A stretch of DNA of 64,000 bases from Escherichia coli (GTDB lineage: Bacteria > Pseudomonadota > Gammaproteobacteria > Enterobacterales > Enterobacteriaceae): NCBI RefSeq assembly GCF_030384885.1, contig NZ_CP128613.1; one strand, written 5' to 3'. How positions within the stretch are numbered: position 1 is the first letter of the stretch; each line of letters starts with the position of its first letter. The notes below the pieces were generated by a model. That model did no database searches. It saw nothing but the letters and a program-made list of their open reading frames with translations, and had not been told where the DNA came from. This document shows, in pieces, positions 9,408 to 20,932 of the stretch. A program made the translations under genes and the position numbers.

Positions 9408-10264
9408 ATATCGCCATTGTGACAATAAATCAGGAACATGCCGCAATAGCGGGCTGGCTGGCGGAGCAGGATTTCAGCGGCAGCACATTAACGCACTGGC
9501 AAATCGAGCCGCAGCCGATGGTCGCGGAACAGGTGCTGGATGCGCTGGTAGAACAGTGGCAGCGAACGCCTGCGGACGTTGTTCTCTTTCCGCCGGGAAC
9601 GTTTGGCGATGAACTGGCTACCCGCCTGTCCTGGCGTTTACATGGTGCCAGTATATGCCAGGTGACTTCATTAAATATTCCAACCGGAAGCGTACGCAAA
9701 TCCCACTGGGGAAATGCGCTAACGGCGACGCTGCAAACAGAAAAACGCCCGCTATGCCTTTCCCTTGCCCGCCAGGCGGGAGCAGTGAAAAATGCCACGT
9801 TGCCCTCTGGTATGCAGCAACTGAACATTGTCCCCGGCGCGCTTCCCGACTGGCTGGTTAGCACAGAGGATCTGAAAAATGTTACCCACGACCCATTAGC
9901 TGAGGCCAGACGGGTGCTGGTGGTGGGGCAGGGCGGAGAGGCAGATAACCAGGAAATCGCTATGCTGGCAGAAAAGCTGGGAGCCGAAGCGGGCTACAGT
10001 CGGGCGCGAGTAATGAACGGTGGCGTTGATGCCGAAAAAGTGATTGGTATTTCCGGACATCTGCTGGCACCTGAGGTGTGTATTGTTGTTGGCGCTTCCG
10101 GCGCAGCAGCGTTAATGGCGGGCGTCCGCAATAGCAAGTTTGTGGTGGCGATTAATCATGACGCCAGCGCGGCGGTATTTTCACAGGCAGATGTTGGCGT
10201 GGTTGATGACTGGAAAGCGGTGCTGGAGGCACTGGTGACAACCATTCACGCAGATTGCCAATAA
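9404..10264 (+). CDS. ygcQ: Electron transfer flavoprotein alpha-subunit-like (FixB-like) protein (286 aa)
   Basis: ATG at 9404 with AGGA SD, 4-bp overlap with ygcR; C-terminal ETF FAD-binding-like region. Confidence 0.82.
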   Translation: MNIAIVTINQEHAAIAGWLAEQDFSGSTLTHWQIEPQPMVAEQVLDALVEQWQRTPADVVLFPPGTFGDELATRLSWRLHGASICQVTSLNIPTGSVRKSHWGNALTATLQTEKRPLCLSLARQAGAVKNATLPSGMQQLNIVPGALPDWLVSTEDLKNVTHDPLAEARRVLVVGQGGEADNQEIAMLAEKLGAEAGYSRARVMNGGVDAEKVIGISGHLLAPEVCIVVGASGAAALMAGVRNSKFVVAINHDASAAVFSQADVGVVDDWKAVLEALVTTIHADCQ

Positions 10265-10307
10265 CGTGCTGCCGGATGATCCTGTCTACGGTTCTGGGCT
10301 GGGGACT

Positions 10308-10377
10308 GTAGGCCTGATAAGACGCGTCAAGCGTCGTATCAGGCGCTGAATGCCGGATTAGGCATGTGGCCTACAAA
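10308..10377. repeat. REP/BIME repetitive extragenic palindromes
   Basis: gtaggcctgataagacgcg...cgtcgtatcaggcg and gccggattaggcatgtggcctac inverted GC-rich palindromes typical of E. coli REP. Confidence 0.75.
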
Positions 10378-10409
10378 TCACACAAATTCAATTCGTTACG
10401 ATTATCTCG

Positions 10410-10985
10410 TCAAAGCAATTTTTTCGCTAACGTCCAGACCCCGGTATTCGTGGTAGAAAGCGCCACTACACCGGCGTTAATCGCATTACGCGCATCTTCT
10501 TCATCGCACACCAGCCCGCCAGCAATCAGCGGCTGGTGGATTTTCTCCGTTACCCAGCCCAGCACTTTAGGCATACAGCCTGGCAGAATTTCAATACAAT
10601 CAGGATTCGATTGCGCAACCTGCTTATCAATGTTGTGAAAAGAAATCGAGTCGACAATAAACAAGCGATGAATACAGAAAAAGCCTTCCGCTCTCGCCGC
10701 TTTTAGCATTGACGCTTTGGTACTGATAATGCCGTCCGCCTCGGTCACCAGTTTCAGAAACTGAATTACTACTTCTTTATTTGACGCGCCTTCCAGCAAA
10801 TCGACATGAATAAAAGCATATTTTCCGGCGTTCTTAATCTTTTTGACGATATGACTGATGGTGCAAATATTGCCGTATAACACGGAAATAAACTGGCATT
10901 CAGAATCGATTGCCAACTGCAGGCTGGCATTATCTTTAACGGCAGCAATCACCGGATTCTGGCGGAGCAGGTGTAAGAGGGGCAT
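10410..10985 (-). CDS. ygcP: GlpP-like glycerol-3-phosphate-responsive antiterminator family protein (191 aa)
   Basis: Full-length ORF; family assignment from memory. Confidence 0.8.
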   Translation of the reverse strand: MPLLHLLRQNPVIAAVKDNASLQLAIDSECQFISVLYGNICTISHIVKKIKNAGKYAFIHVDLLEGASNKEVVIQFLKLVTEADGIISTKASMLKAARAEGFFCIHRLFIVDSISFHNIDKQVAQSNPDCIEILPGCMPKVLGWVTEKIHQPLIAGGLVCDEEDARNAINAGVVALSTTNTGVWTLAKKLL

Positions 10986-11001
10986 AAATTATCCTTATTA
11001 T

Positions 11002-11262
11002 TTATCCAAAGCGGTAGGTGATGCCGAATCCGGAAGGCGGATAGCGCCACTGTTGTAGGTTTTTTTCATCACACAGTAAACGGCAGGTGCCACACTCCAG
11101 GCAGCCGCGATAATCAACGCGTAAGTCGCCTTCCGGCGTGAGCGAAAAAAGACCAGCCGGACAAGCGTTAATCAACCGTTCTGCCGTCTGGCGCTCAACG
11201 GAGTCTGCCGGAACAATATGTGGCGCATCAGCAGCGCGCCAGAGATTACGGGCTACAGACAT
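11002..11262 (-). CDS. ygcO: Ferredoxin-like protein, FixX-like (86 aa)
   Basis: Start at MSVARN with AGGAG SD; cysteine cluster CLECGTCRLLC. Confidence 0.8.
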   Translation of the reverse strand: MSVARNLWRAADAPHIVPADSVERQTAERLINACPAGLFSLTPEGDLRVDYRGCLECGTCRLLCDEKNLQQWRYPPSGFGITYRFG

Positions 11263-12524
11263 CGAATACTCCTGACAACATCGCCCGCCAGATGCCACAG
11301 GCCATGACGACGTAAATGACGCCAGAGCAACTGGCGCAGCGGCGGAACAGGTTTATCACCTTGATCCCATAAATCACGGGAAATATCCTGCATTAACGCA
11401 GGCCACTTACGGTACCAGCCCGGGCGTTGCAAAAGCGCCGGAACATGCTGATAACGCTGTAGAACATCCCACAACATGCTGTGCTCTACATTGTGATGAT
11501 AAAGCGGAAACAGATTTTGCGGCTCGCGGTGCTGACAGGCGCTTATCAGCGTGTGTGCCGCCGCCTGCGCGCCAGTCAGCGCCATATCCATGCCGCGCAC
11601 GGAAATTCCGGTATTGACGCAACTGCGCAACGTATCGCCCACCAGCAGCCAGCCGTTACCGCCATATTGCACCGGCATACTGTGCAGCCCACCTTCCGGC
11701 ACCAGATGCGCGCCATACTCCAGTGATTCCGTGTTTTTGATAAGCGGGCGCACTGCCGGATGCGTTTTAAAGCGAGCCAGCAGCTCGCTTGCCGGAACAC
11801 GACTTTGCGTAAGTGAAGAGAGCGGGCAAACAATCCCTAACGAGAGCGTTTGTTGATTAGTATAAAGAAATGCGCCGCCGGGTAAGTCATCACAGATTTC
11901 GCCGCTGAATAACAACGCTGCGCCTTCGTTATTCTCCAGATGAAAACGTTCTTCAATAGCGGATGTTTCCAGTGACAGAACTTCTTTAATCCCCAACGCC
12001 ATCACTTCGCCAGCAGGACGAGTCACTAACCCGTGACGCTCAGACAGGACGCTGTTGGCACCTTCTGCCAGCACCACATAACGGGCGCGGAGAATATCGT
12101 CACCACAAATAACGCCGCAAACTCTGCCTTTTTCTTCATACAGTGCATCCACCGTCGTACCGGGGATGCATTCGACACCTTCTTTTTCGGCTTCGGCAAC
12201 CAGCCACGGATCGAATCGCGCACGTAATACACTCCAGGATTCACCGTCGGGCTGTAAGCTGGAAAACGTCGTTGCGCCATCGGGCGTTAACAGAGAAAGG
12301 CTTTCGTGAGTGATGCGTCGTTCAAGGGGCGCGGTCAGGTGAAATTGAGGGAGGAGTTCCGCAAGTGCATGGGTATATAACCGCCCGCCGGAAAGATTTT
12401 TGCTGCCGGGAATTTCAGCGCGTTCCAGTAACAAAACGGATAAACCCGCTCGCGCGCAGCGTAACGCGCAAGCAGTGCCTGCAATACCGGCACCAATAAT
12501 AATAATGTCGCAGTCGTCTTCCAT
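11253..12524 (-). CDS. ygcN: FAD-dependent oxidoreductase, FixC / ETF-ubiquinone-oxidoreductase-like (423 aa)
   Basis: N-terminal DIIIIGAGIAG dinucleotide-binding motif; start taken at MEDDCD. Confidence 0.82.
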   Translation of the reverse strand: MEDDCDIIIIGAGIAGTACALRCARAGLSVLLLERAEIPGSKNLSGGRLYTHALAELLPQFHLTAPLERRITHESLSLLTPDGATTFSSLQPDGESWSVLRARFDPWLVAEAEKEGVECIPGTTVDALYEEKGRVCGVICGDDILRARYVVLAEGANSVLSERHGLVTRPAGEVMALGIKEVLSLETSAIEERFHLENNEGAALLFSGEICDDLPGGAFLYTNQQTLSLGIVCPLSSLTQSRVPASELLARFKTHPAVRPLIKNTESLEYGAHLVPEGGLHSMPVQYGGNGWLLVGDTLRSCVNTGISVRGMDMALTGAQAAAHTLISACQHREPQNLFPLYHHNVEHSMLWDVLQRYQHVPALLQRPGWYRKWPALMQDISRDLWDQGDKPVPPLRQLLWRHLRRHGLWHLAGDVVRSIRCL

Positions 12525-12601
12525 GTCATGCCCCAGATATCCAGAACACAACACCCTAACATAGCGTTACTTAAGGGAAATTGACCGCCGACACACTCTT
12601 A

Positions 12602-12967
12602 TCATTCGCCGCGATAGATACAACCTGCGGTGCAGGTTTCTTTTACCATCACCGCACTTAACAGCGGCACAACGGGTTTAACCTGATCCCAAATCCATTT
12701 TGCTAAAACTTCGCTGGTTGGGTTTTCCAGACCTGGAATATCATTGAGATAATGGTGATCGAGGCGCTCATAAGTTGGCTTAAACGCTGCTTTCAGTTCA
12801 GCGAAATCGATAATCCAGCCCGTATGCGGATCGACTTCCCCGGTAATTTCCAGTCGCACCATAAAGGAATGCCCGTGCAGGCGACCACATTTATGCCCTT
12901 CCGGGACGTGTGGTAAGCGGTGAGCGGCTTCGAAGGTGAAATCTTTAAATAACGTGGTGGACATCAT
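12602..12967 (-). CDS. queD: 6-carboxy-5,6,7,8-tetrahydropterin synthase (121 aa)
   Basis: [19 protein letters not shown]...GHSF motif pattern of the PTPS/QueD family. Confidence 0.88.
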   Translation of the reverse strand: MMSTTLFKDFTFEAAHRLPHVPEGHKCGRLHGHSFMVRLEITGEVDPHTGWIIDFAELKAAFKPTYERLDHHYLNDIPGLENPTSEVLAKWIWDQVKPVVPLLSAVMVKETCTAGCIYRGE

Positions 12968-13282
12968 AATTTCTCTACAGGACGATAAAACCGCCGTAGA
13001 GTACCGGAAAGGCTGTTTTTTCGCATTATCTAAAACGACTTTGTTGCGCAAAATCGCTGATTTATCTTAATGATTGGATAAATTCATTTGTTTTTCATTG
13101 GGTTGAGTAATCTATTTTGTTGTTAAAGACTATTGCTAAAACAGGTTAGTCGATTTGGTTATTAGTTATCGCTATCCCGTCTTTAATCCACACCGTTCAT
13201 CCCGTTAACCTTACCTTCTCTTCTGTTTTATGGGCGCTGACAGGGCGCAGAAACAGCTTTGCTTACTGGAACATAACGACGC

Positions 13283-15082
13283 ATGACGACACAGGTCCCA
13301 CCTTCCGCGTTGCTTCCGTTGAACCCGGAGCAACTGGCACGCCTTCAGGCGGCCACGACCGATTTAACTCCCACCCAGCTTGCCTGGGTTTCTGGCTATT
13401 TCTGGGGCGTGCTCAACCAGCAGCCTGCTGCGCTTACAGCGACGCCAGCGCCCGCCGCAGAAATGCCGGGTATAACTATTATCTCCGCTTCGCAAACCGG
13501 CAATGCGCGCCGGGTTGCTGAAACATTACGCGATGATTTATTAGCGGCAAAACTGAACGTTAAGCTGGTGAACGCGGGCGACTATAAATTCAAACAAATC
13601 GCCAGCGAAAAACTGCTCATCGTGGTGACGTCAACGCAAGGTGAAGGGGAACCGCCGGAAGAGGCCGTCGCGCTGCATAAGTTCCTGTTCTCCAAAAAAG
13701 CGCCGAAGCTGGAAAACACCGCGTTTGCCGTGTTTAGTCTCGGCGATAGCTCTTATGAATTTTTCTGCCAGTCCGGGAAAGATTTCGATAGCAAGCTGGC
13801 GGAACTGGGCGGTGAACGCCTGCTCGACCGTGTCGATGCCGACGTTGAATACCAGGCTGCTGCCAGCGAGTGGCGCGCCCGCGTGGTCGATGTTCTTAAA
13901 TCGCGCGCGCCTGTCGCAGCACCTTCACAATCCGTCGCTACTGGCGCGGTAAATGAAATCCACACCAGCCCGTACAGCAAAGACGCGCCGCTGGTGGCGA
14001 GCCTTTCGGTTAACCAGAAAATTACCGGGCGTAACTCTGAAAAAGACGTTCGCCATATCGAAATTGACTTAGGTGACTCTGGCCTGCGTTATCAGCCGGG
14101 TGACGCGCTGGGCGTCTGGTATCAGAACGATCCGGCACTGGTGAAAGAACTTGTCGAACTGCTGTGGCTGAAAGGTGATGAACCTGTCACCGTTGAGGGC
14201 AAAACCCTGCCGCTGAATGAGGCGCTACAGTGGCATTTTGAACTCACCGTCAACACCGCCAACATCGTTGAGAACTACGCCACGCTAACCCGCAGTGAAA
14301 CGCTGCTGCCGCTGGTGGGCGATAAATCGAAGTTACAGCATTACGCCGCGACGACGCCGATTGTCGACATGGTGCGTTTTTCTCCGGCACAGCTTGACGC
14401 TGAAGCCCTGATTAACTTGCTGCGCCCGCTGACGCCGCGCCTGTACTCCATCGCCTCCTCGCAGGCGGAAGTCGAGAACGAAGTACACGTCACCGTTGGC
14501 GTGGTGCGTTATGACGTGGAAGGCCGCGCCCGTGCTGGCGGTGCCTCCAGCTTCCTTGCGGACCGTGTGGAAGAAGAGGGCGAAGTCCGCGTATTTATCG
14601 AACATAACGACAACTTCCGCCTACCAGCCAACCCGGAAACGCCGGTGATTATGATTGGCCCGGGCACCGGCATCGCACCGTTCCGCGCCTTTATGCAGCA
14701 ACGTGCTGCTGACGAAGCGCCGGGTAAAAACTGGCTGTTCTTCGGCAACCCACACTTTACGGAAGATTTCCTCTACCAGGTGGAGTGGCAGCGCTACGTC
14801 AAAGAGGGCGTGCTGACACGTATCGATCTCGCCTGGTCGCGCGATCAAAAAGAAAAAATTTACGTACAAGACAAACTGCGCGAACAGGGCGCAGAGCTGT
14901 GGCGCTGGATCAATGACGGTGCCCACATTTATGTCTGCGGCGACGCTAATCGCATGGCGAAAGACGTTGAACAGGCACTTCTGGAAGTGATTGCCGAATT
15001 TGGTGGCATGGACACCGAAGCGGCGGATGAATTTTTAAGTGAGCTGCGCGTAGAGCGCCGTTATCAGCGAGATGTCTACTAA
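13283..15082 (+). CDS. cysJ: Sulfite reductase [NADPH] flavoprotein alpha component (599 aa)
   Basis: Flavodoxin-like plus FAD/NADPH reductase domains; synteny cysJIH. Confidence 0.95.
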   Translation: MTTQVPPSALLPLNPEQLARLQAATTDLTPTQLAWVSGYFWGVLNQQPAALTATPAPAAEMPGITIISASQTGNARRVAETLRDDLLAAKLNVKLVNAGDYKFKQIASEKLLIVVTSTQGEGEPPEEAVALHKFLFSKKAPKLENTAFAVFSLGDSSYEFFCQSGKDFDSKLAELGGERLLDRVDADVEYQAAASEWRARVVDVLKSRAPVAAPSQSVATGAVNEIHTSPYSKDAPLVASLSVNQKITGRNSEKDVRHIEIDLGDSGLRYQPGDALGVWYQNDPALVKELVELLWLKGDEPVTVEGKTLPLNEALQWHFELTVNTANIVENYATLTRSETLLPLVGDKSKLQHYAATTPIVDMVRFSPAQLDAEALINLLRPLTPRLYSIASSQAEVENEVHVTVGVVRYDVEGRARAGGASSFLADRVEEEGEVRVFIEHNDNFRLPANPETPVIMIGPGTGIAPFRAFMQQRAADEAPGKNWLFFGNPHFTEDFLYQVEWQRYVKEGVLTRIDLAWSRDQKEKIYVQDKLREQGAELWRWINDGAHIYVCGDANRMAKDVEQALLEVIAEFGGMDTEAADEFLSELRVERRYQRDVY

Positions 15083-16794
15083 TGAACGAAAAACATCCAG
15101 GGCCTTTAGTGGTCGAAGGAAAACTGACAGACGCCGAGCGCATGAAGCTTGAGAGCAACTACCTGCGCGGGACCATTGCGGAAGATTTAAACGACGGTCT
15201 GACCGGCGGCTTTAAGGGCGACAACTTCCTGCTGATCCGTTTCCACGGTATGTATCAGCAGGATGACCGCGATATCCGCGCCGAACGTGCTGAACAGAAG
15301 CTGGAACCGCGTCATGCGATGCTGCTGCGCTGCCGTCTGCCGGGTGGGGTGATCACCACTAAACAGTGGCAGGCAATTGATAAATTCGCCGGTGAAAACA
15401 CCATTTATGGCAGCATTCGCCTGACCAACCGCCAGACGTTCCAGTTCCACGGCATTCTGAAAAAGAACGTCAAACCGGTGCACCAGATGCTGCATTCGGT
15501 CGGTCTTGATGCGCTGGCGACCGCCAACGACATGAACCGTAATGTACTCTGCACCTCGAACCCATTTGAATCTCAGTTGCACGCGGAAGCGTATGAGTGG
15601 GCGAAGAAAATCTCTGAACATCTGCTGCCGCGTACCCGCGCCTACGCGGAGATCTGGCTCGATCAGGAGAAAGTCGCCACCACCGATGAAGAACCCATCC
15701 TCGGTCAGACCTACCTGCCGCGTAAATTCAAAACCACGGTAGTGATCCCGCCGCAGAACGATATCGATCTGCACGCCAACGACATGAACTTTGTGGCGAT
15801 CGCGGAAAACGGCAAGCTGGTGGGCTTCAACCTGCTGGTGGGCGGTGGGCTTTCTATCGAACACGGCAACAAGAAAACCTACGCCCGCACGGCGAGCGAG
15901 TTTGGCTATCTGCCACTGGAGCATACGCTGGCGGTGGCGGAAGCGGTCGTTACCACTCAGCGTGACTGGGGTAATCGTACTGACCGTAAAAACGCCAAAA
16001 CCAAATACACGCTGGAGCGCGTGGGTGTTGAGACGTTTAAAGCAGAAGTGGAACGTCGCGCGGGGATCAAATTTGAGCCGATCCGTCCTTATGAATTTAC
16101 CGGACGCGGCGATCGTATCGGCTGGGTAAAAGGGATCGATGACAAATGGCACCTGACGCTGTTTATCGAAAATGGCCGAATTCTTGATTATCCGGGGCGT
16201 CCGCTGAAAACCGGCCTGCTGGAGATCGCGAAGATCCACAAAGGTGATTTCCGCATTACGGCGAACCAGAATCTGATCATCGCCGGTGTACCGGAAAGCG
16301 AGAAAGCGAAGATTGAGAAGATCGCCAAAGAGAGCGGATTGATGAATGCCGTCACGCCGCAGCGCGAAAACTCAATGGCCTGCGTGTCATTCCCGACTTG
16401 CCCGTTGGCGATGGCGGAAGCGGAGCGTTTCCTGCCGTCGTTTATCGATAACATCGATAATTTAATGGCGAAACATGGTGTCAGCGATGAGCACATCGTG
16501 ATGCGTGTAACAGGCTGCCCGAACGGTTGTGGTCGCGCGATGCTGGCGGAAGTGGGCCTGGTGGGTAAAGCGCCGGGTCGCTACAACCTGCATCTTGGCG
16601 GCAACCGCATGGGAACGCGTATCCCACGGATGTATAAAGAAAACATCACCGAGCCGGAAATCCTGGCGACGCTTGATGAACTGATAGGGCGCTGGGCGAA
16701 AGAGCGTGAAGCGGGTGAAGGCTTCGGTGACTTTACGGTGCGTGCGGGCATCATTCGCCCGGTGCTCGATCCGGCGCGTGATTTGTGGGATTAA
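15082..16794 (+). CDS. cysI: Sulfite reductase [NADPH] hemoprotein beta component (570 aa)
   Basis: ATG overlaps the cysJ stop; siroheme/4Fe-4S sulfite reductase family sequence. Confidence 0.95.
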   Translation: MNEKHPGPLVVEGKLTDAERMKLESNYLRGTIAEDLNDGLTGGFKGDNFLLIRFHGMYQQDDRDIRAERAEQKLEPRHAMLLRCRLPGGVITTKQWQAIDKFAGENTIYGSIRLTNRQTFQFHGILKKNVKPVHQMLHSVGLDALATANDMNRNVLCTSNPFESQLHAEAYEWAKKISEHLLPRTRAYAEIWLDQEKVATTDEEPILGQTYLPRKFKTTVVIPPQNDIDLHANDMNFVAIAENGKLVGFNLLVGGGLSIEHGNKKTYARTASEFGYLPLEHTLAVAEAVVTTQRDWGNRTDRKNAKTKYTLERVGVETFKAEVERRAGIKFEPIRPYEFTGRGDRIGWVKGIDDKWHLTLFIENGRILDYPGRPLKTGLLEIAKIHKGDFRITANQNLIIAGVPESEKAKIEKIAKESGLMNAVTPQRENSMACVSFPTCPLAMAEAERFLPSFIDNIDNLMAKHGVSDEHIVMRVTGCPNGCGRAMLAEVGLVGKAPGRYNLHLGGNRMGTRIPRMYKENITEPEILATLDELIGRWAKEREAGEGFGDFTVRAGIIRPVLDPARDLWD

Positions 16795-16814
16795 CCATCA
16801 GTCCAGTCTTGTAG

Positions 16815-16848
16815 GCCTGATAAGACGCGTAAGCGTCGCATCAGGCAA
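16815..16848. repeat. REP element between cysI and cysH
   Basis: gtaggcctgataagacgcgtaagcgtcgcatcaggc palindrome. Confidence 0.7.
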
Positions 16849-16867
16849 GGCAAACAGTGAGGAATCT

Positions 16868-17602
16868 ATGTCCAAACTCGATCTAAATGCCCTGAACGAA
16901 CTGCCGAAGGTAGATCGCATTCTGGCGCTGGCGGAAACTAACGCCGAGCTTGAAAAACTGGATGCTGAAGGCCGCGTTGCCTGGGCGCTGGAAAATCTGC
17001 CCGGTGAATATGTGCTTTCTTCCAGTTTCGGCATTCAGGCGGCGGTGAGCCTGCATCTGGTTAATCAGATTCGCCCGGATATCCCGGTGATCCTGACCGA
17101 TACGGGTTATCTGTTCCCGGAAACCTACCGCTTTATTGACGAGTTAACGGACAAACTCAAGCTCAACCTGAAAGTGTACCGCGCTACCGAAAGCGCCGCC
17201 TGGCAGGAAGCACGCTACGGCAAACTGTGGGAGCAGGGCGTTGAAGGCATTGAAAAGTACAACGATATCAACAAAGTCGAACCGATGAACCGGGCGCTGA
17301 AAGAACTGAACGCACAAACGTGGTTTGCTGGCCTGCGCCGTGAACAATCCGGCAGCCGCGCTAATTTACCGGTGTTGGCAATTCAACGTGGTGTATTTAA
17401 AGTGCTGCCGATTATCGACTGGGATAACCGAACTATTTATCAGTATCTGCAAAAACATGGCCTGAAATATCACCCATTATGGGACGAAGGATATTTATCG
17501 GTTGGTGATACACATACAACCCGTAAATGGGAACCCGGTATGGCGGAAGAAGAAACGCGTTTCTTTGGCTTAAAAAGGGAATGTGGGCTGCACGAAGGGT
17601 AA
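16868..17602 (+). CDS. cysH: Phosphoadenosine phosphosulfate (PAPS) reductase (244 aa)
   Basis: Start [14 protein letters not shown] at ATG 16868 with gagg SD; track ORF from 16706 rejected as in-frame extension. Confidence 0.93.
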   Translation: MSKLDLNALNELPKVDRILALAETNAELEKLDAEGRVAWALENLPGEYVLSSSFGIQAAVSLHLVNQIRPDIPVILTDTGYLFPETYRFIDELTDKLKLNLKVYRATESAAWQEARYGKLWEQGVEGIEKYNDINKVEPMNRALKELNAQTWFAGLRREQSGSRANLPVLAIQRGVFKVLPIIDWDNRTIYQYLQKHGLKYHPLWDEGYLSVGDTHTTRKWEPGMAEEETRFFGLKRECGLHEG

Positions 17603-17865
17603 ATATTGTCGGATAAAATAAACGCCTCTGTCAGAAATGATGGGGGTGTTTTTATTTTGCGAGCAGCATTCCGGCATTTAAACGTGAATATAGCAGGGGA
17701 AATCAACAGTTATAGAATGGCGTCGGGTGCTTGAGGCTGTCTGGCGTTAAGCATTCGCGAGGTTCCAGATGGACAAAAGCCCCAGGCGATATATCTATCA
17801 ACCTGAGGCTCGCGTTCGAACGTAGCAATTCGGATGTTAGTCTCTTCTTTGCAGGGAGGCAAGAC

Positions 17866-18018
17866 ATGCTGACAAAATATGCCCTTGTGGCAATCATCGT
17901 ACTGTGTTGTACAGTACTGGGATTCACGCTGATGGTAGGCGACTCGTTGTGTGAGTTGAGTATCAGAGAACGTGGTATGGAGTTTAAGGCAGTTCTCGCT
18001 TACGAATCGAAGAAGTAG
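17866..18018 (+). CDS. Hok/Gef-family type I toxin, HokE-like small membrane peptide (50 aa)
   Basis: ATG 17866 after GGGAGG; peptide [50 protein letters not shown] has one TM helix and the conserved Hok C-terminal pattern; 8-bp stem-loop 18024-18045 follows the stop. Confidence 0.75.
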   Translation: MLTKYALVAIIVLCCTVLGFTLMVGDSLCELSIRERGMEFKAVLAYESKK

Positions 18019-18256
18019 CCACCACGCGGGGGTAAAACCCCGCGTATTGAATTGTGATGGTTTGGTCTCCTGCACCCTTTTTTTCATTTATATTGTTTTT
18101 GTGAATATTATGCCTGTGTTTATTATTTATATATATCACAGATGAAAATCATTGAATTATTCATAATGTGAATATTTTATTGAACGATATATATCACAGA
18201 TAATTTTTAATATATGCGTAAATATCCTTTAAGTTTTACTGAAGGATAAAAACATT

Positions 18257-19690
18257 GTGACTTTCTTTGATTTCTGGGGAAAAACCCGACGTGGCGAGAA
18301 AGAGGGTGGCGACGATTATCACCTTCTTTGCTGGCATTCGCTGGATGTAGCCGCGATAGGCTATTTAATGGTCAAAAACAACTGTTTCGGGCTGGCTGAC
18401 TATTTTCGTCAATTAGGTTTCGCTGACACGGATCAGGCAGCACAATTTTTCGCCTGGTTGTTGTGCTGGCACGATACTGGAAAATTTGCCCGCTCATTTC
18501 AGCAACTTTACCTGCACCCACAACTCAAGGTTCCGGAAGGCGCAAGAAAGAATTACGAAAAGATCTCTCATTCAACGCTGGGTTACTGGTTGTGGCATCA
18601 TTATTTAATTGAATGTGAAGAGTTGCTTCCTTCATCTTCACTCTCTTTGCGCAAACTTAAACGAGTAATAGATATGTGGATGCCCGTGACGACCGGGCAT
18701 CATGGTCGGCCTCCTGACCGTATCGATGAACTGGACAACTTTCTGCCTGAAGACAAAGCTGCCGCACGGGATTTTCTCCTTGAAATCAAGGTACTGTTTC
18801 CGCTCATCGAGATCCCTACATTCTGGGATGATGACGAGGGCGTTGAACTTATAAAACATTTTTCCTGGTATATCTCTGCAACCGTCGTACTCGCAGACTG
18901 GACGGGATCGTCAACGCGGTTTTTTCCACGCGTTGCACAGGCAATGGATATTAAAGATTACTGGCAGAAGGCTTTAGTTCAGGCTCAAAACGCATTAACC
19001 GTCTTTCCCCCAAAAGCAGAAAGCGCGCCTTTCACTGGAATTAATACGCTGTTTCCTTTTATTGAGAACCCAACACCGTTACAGCAAAAGGTGTTGGATC
19101 TGGATATCAGCCAGCCAGGACCACAGTTGTTTATTCTGGAAGATGTGACTGGCGCAGGTAAAACAGAAGCGGCGCTTATCCTGGCGCACAGGTTGATGTC
19201 TGCGGGGAAAGCACAGGGTTTGTTTTTTGGTTTGCCAACAATGGCAACGGCCAATGCCATGTACGATAGGCTGGTAAAAACCTGGCTTGCTTTCTATTCG
19301 CCACAATCCCGCCCCAGCCTGGTGCTGGCACACAGCGCTCGTTCGCTAATGGATCGCTTTAACGCATCGCTGTGGTCTGGTGATTTTGTGGGGTCAGAAG
19401 AACCGGATGAACAAGCGTTCAGTCAGGGATGTGCGGCCTGGTTTGCTGACAGTAACAAGAAGGCGTTGCTGGCTGAAATTGGCGTCGGCACGCTGGATCA
19501 GGCGATGATGGCGGTGATGCCGTTCAAACATAATAATCTGCGGCTTCTGGGGCTGAGTAACAAAATCCTGCTAGCCGATGAGATCCACGCCTGTGACGCT
19601 TATATGTCGTGCATTCTTGAAGGGCTGATCGAGCGGCAGGCGCGTGGCGGAAACAGCGTTATTTTGCTTTCTGCTACGTTGCCGGGGTAG
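18257..19690 (+). pseudogene. cas3: Truncated cas3: N-terminal HD nuclease plus start of helicase domain, about 477 codons of an expected roughly 890
   Basis: GTG start; HD-domain N-terminus (HLLCWHSLDVAA...WHDTGKF), Walker A GAGKT and LLSATLP motifs; ORF stops at 19690 and a cas5e fragment begins 57 bp later. Confidence 0.85.
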
Positions 19691-19746
19691 GGATACGGCG
19701 TGATGACACCGAATGCTTAAACGCGTTTAATCGCCACTATTCACTG

Positions 19747-20304
19747 GTGGTTTGCGCCAGCCGTAACCCGCGCTGGGCACGGGATTATCACACGGTCCAG
19801 ATGCCAAAAGAGGTGCGTAAAGCGCGTTATTTCAGCCGTCGCGAAGAGTTGAGCGCCCCTGATCTTCTAAGCGCGATTATCTCCCGGCGCGACTACTACA
19901 CCGATGCCTGGTGGATGGTGGCCGTGGCAACAACAGCTGATGCGCCTTACAGCCTCGAACAGTTGCAGGAAGGTTTACGCCATCCGGTTTTTCCGCTTTA
20001 TCTGGGGCGAAAAAGCCATCCGCTGGCATTACCCCTTGCGCCGTTACTGCTTGAAGGTAACGCGTCTGATGCCTTACGTAACGCATACCAACAGTATCAG
20101 GATCGTTTCCACGAACTGAAAGTCTCACTCCCGAAACTTCAGGATGAATGCTGGTGGGAAGGGGAGCACGATGGCCTGGTCTCGAGCAAAATATTACGCC
20201 GCCGGGATGTTCCTTTAAATCGTCAGCAGTGGCTGTTTGGGGAACGCACCGTCAATCAGGGGCCGTGGCTCAGCAAGGAGGAACCATGTACCTCTCAAGA
20301 ATAA
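19747..20304 (+). pseudogene. cas5: C-terminal fragment of cas5e (casD), N-terminal portion missing
   Basis: Contains RDYHTV and YLGRKSHPL-type Cas5e motifs; ends overlapping the cas6e start as in intact I-E loci; no SD before the first in-frame GTG. Confidence 0.7.
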
Positions 20305-20932
20305 CCTTACATACCGGCCAGCTTTCGCCTGCGCAGTTACTGCATCTGGTGGATCGCGGTGAATATGTGATGCATCAGTGGCTGTGGGATCTTTTTCCTG
20401 GCGGCAAAGAAAGGCAATTTCTTTATCGTCGGGAAGAACTCCAGGGCGCGTTTCGCTTTTTTGTCCTGTCGCAGGAACGCCCGGCGGAAAGTGAAATGTT
20501 CACCATCGAATGCCGGTCATTTGCGCCGGAGCTGCGTACCGGACAATCCCTTTGTTTCAACCTGCGGGCGAATCCAACAGTCTGTAAAGCGGGTAAGCGC
20601 CACGATCTGCTGATGGAGGCGAAACGGCAGGTGAGGGGGCAGGCGGAAGGAAGTGATGTCTGGTTGCATCAACAACAGGCGGCGCTGGGCTGGCTGGCTG
20701 CGCAGGGAGAGAGAAGTGGTTTTACACTGCTGGATACCTCGGTCGATGCCTACCGACAACAGCAACTGCGGCGGGAAAATGCCCGGCAACTGATCCAGTT
20801 CAGTAGCGTGGATTATACGGGGATGCTGACGGTCACCGAGCCAGGGTTATTTCTGCAACGTCTCTGCCTGGGGTATGGCAAAAGCCGGGCGTTCGGCTGT
20901 GGTCTGATGTTAATCAAACCCGGAGCAGAGGC

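Noticed and set aside
15187-16239. 350-aa minus-strand ORF
   Set aside because: Antisense to cysI; Arg-rich low-complexity translation; artefact
17731-18018. 95-aa ORF extending the hok-like gene upstream in the same frame
   Set aside because: Begins at a TTG with no SD; the Hok-homologous part starts at the internal ATG 17866, which has a strong SD; the upstream extension is most likely non-coding leader
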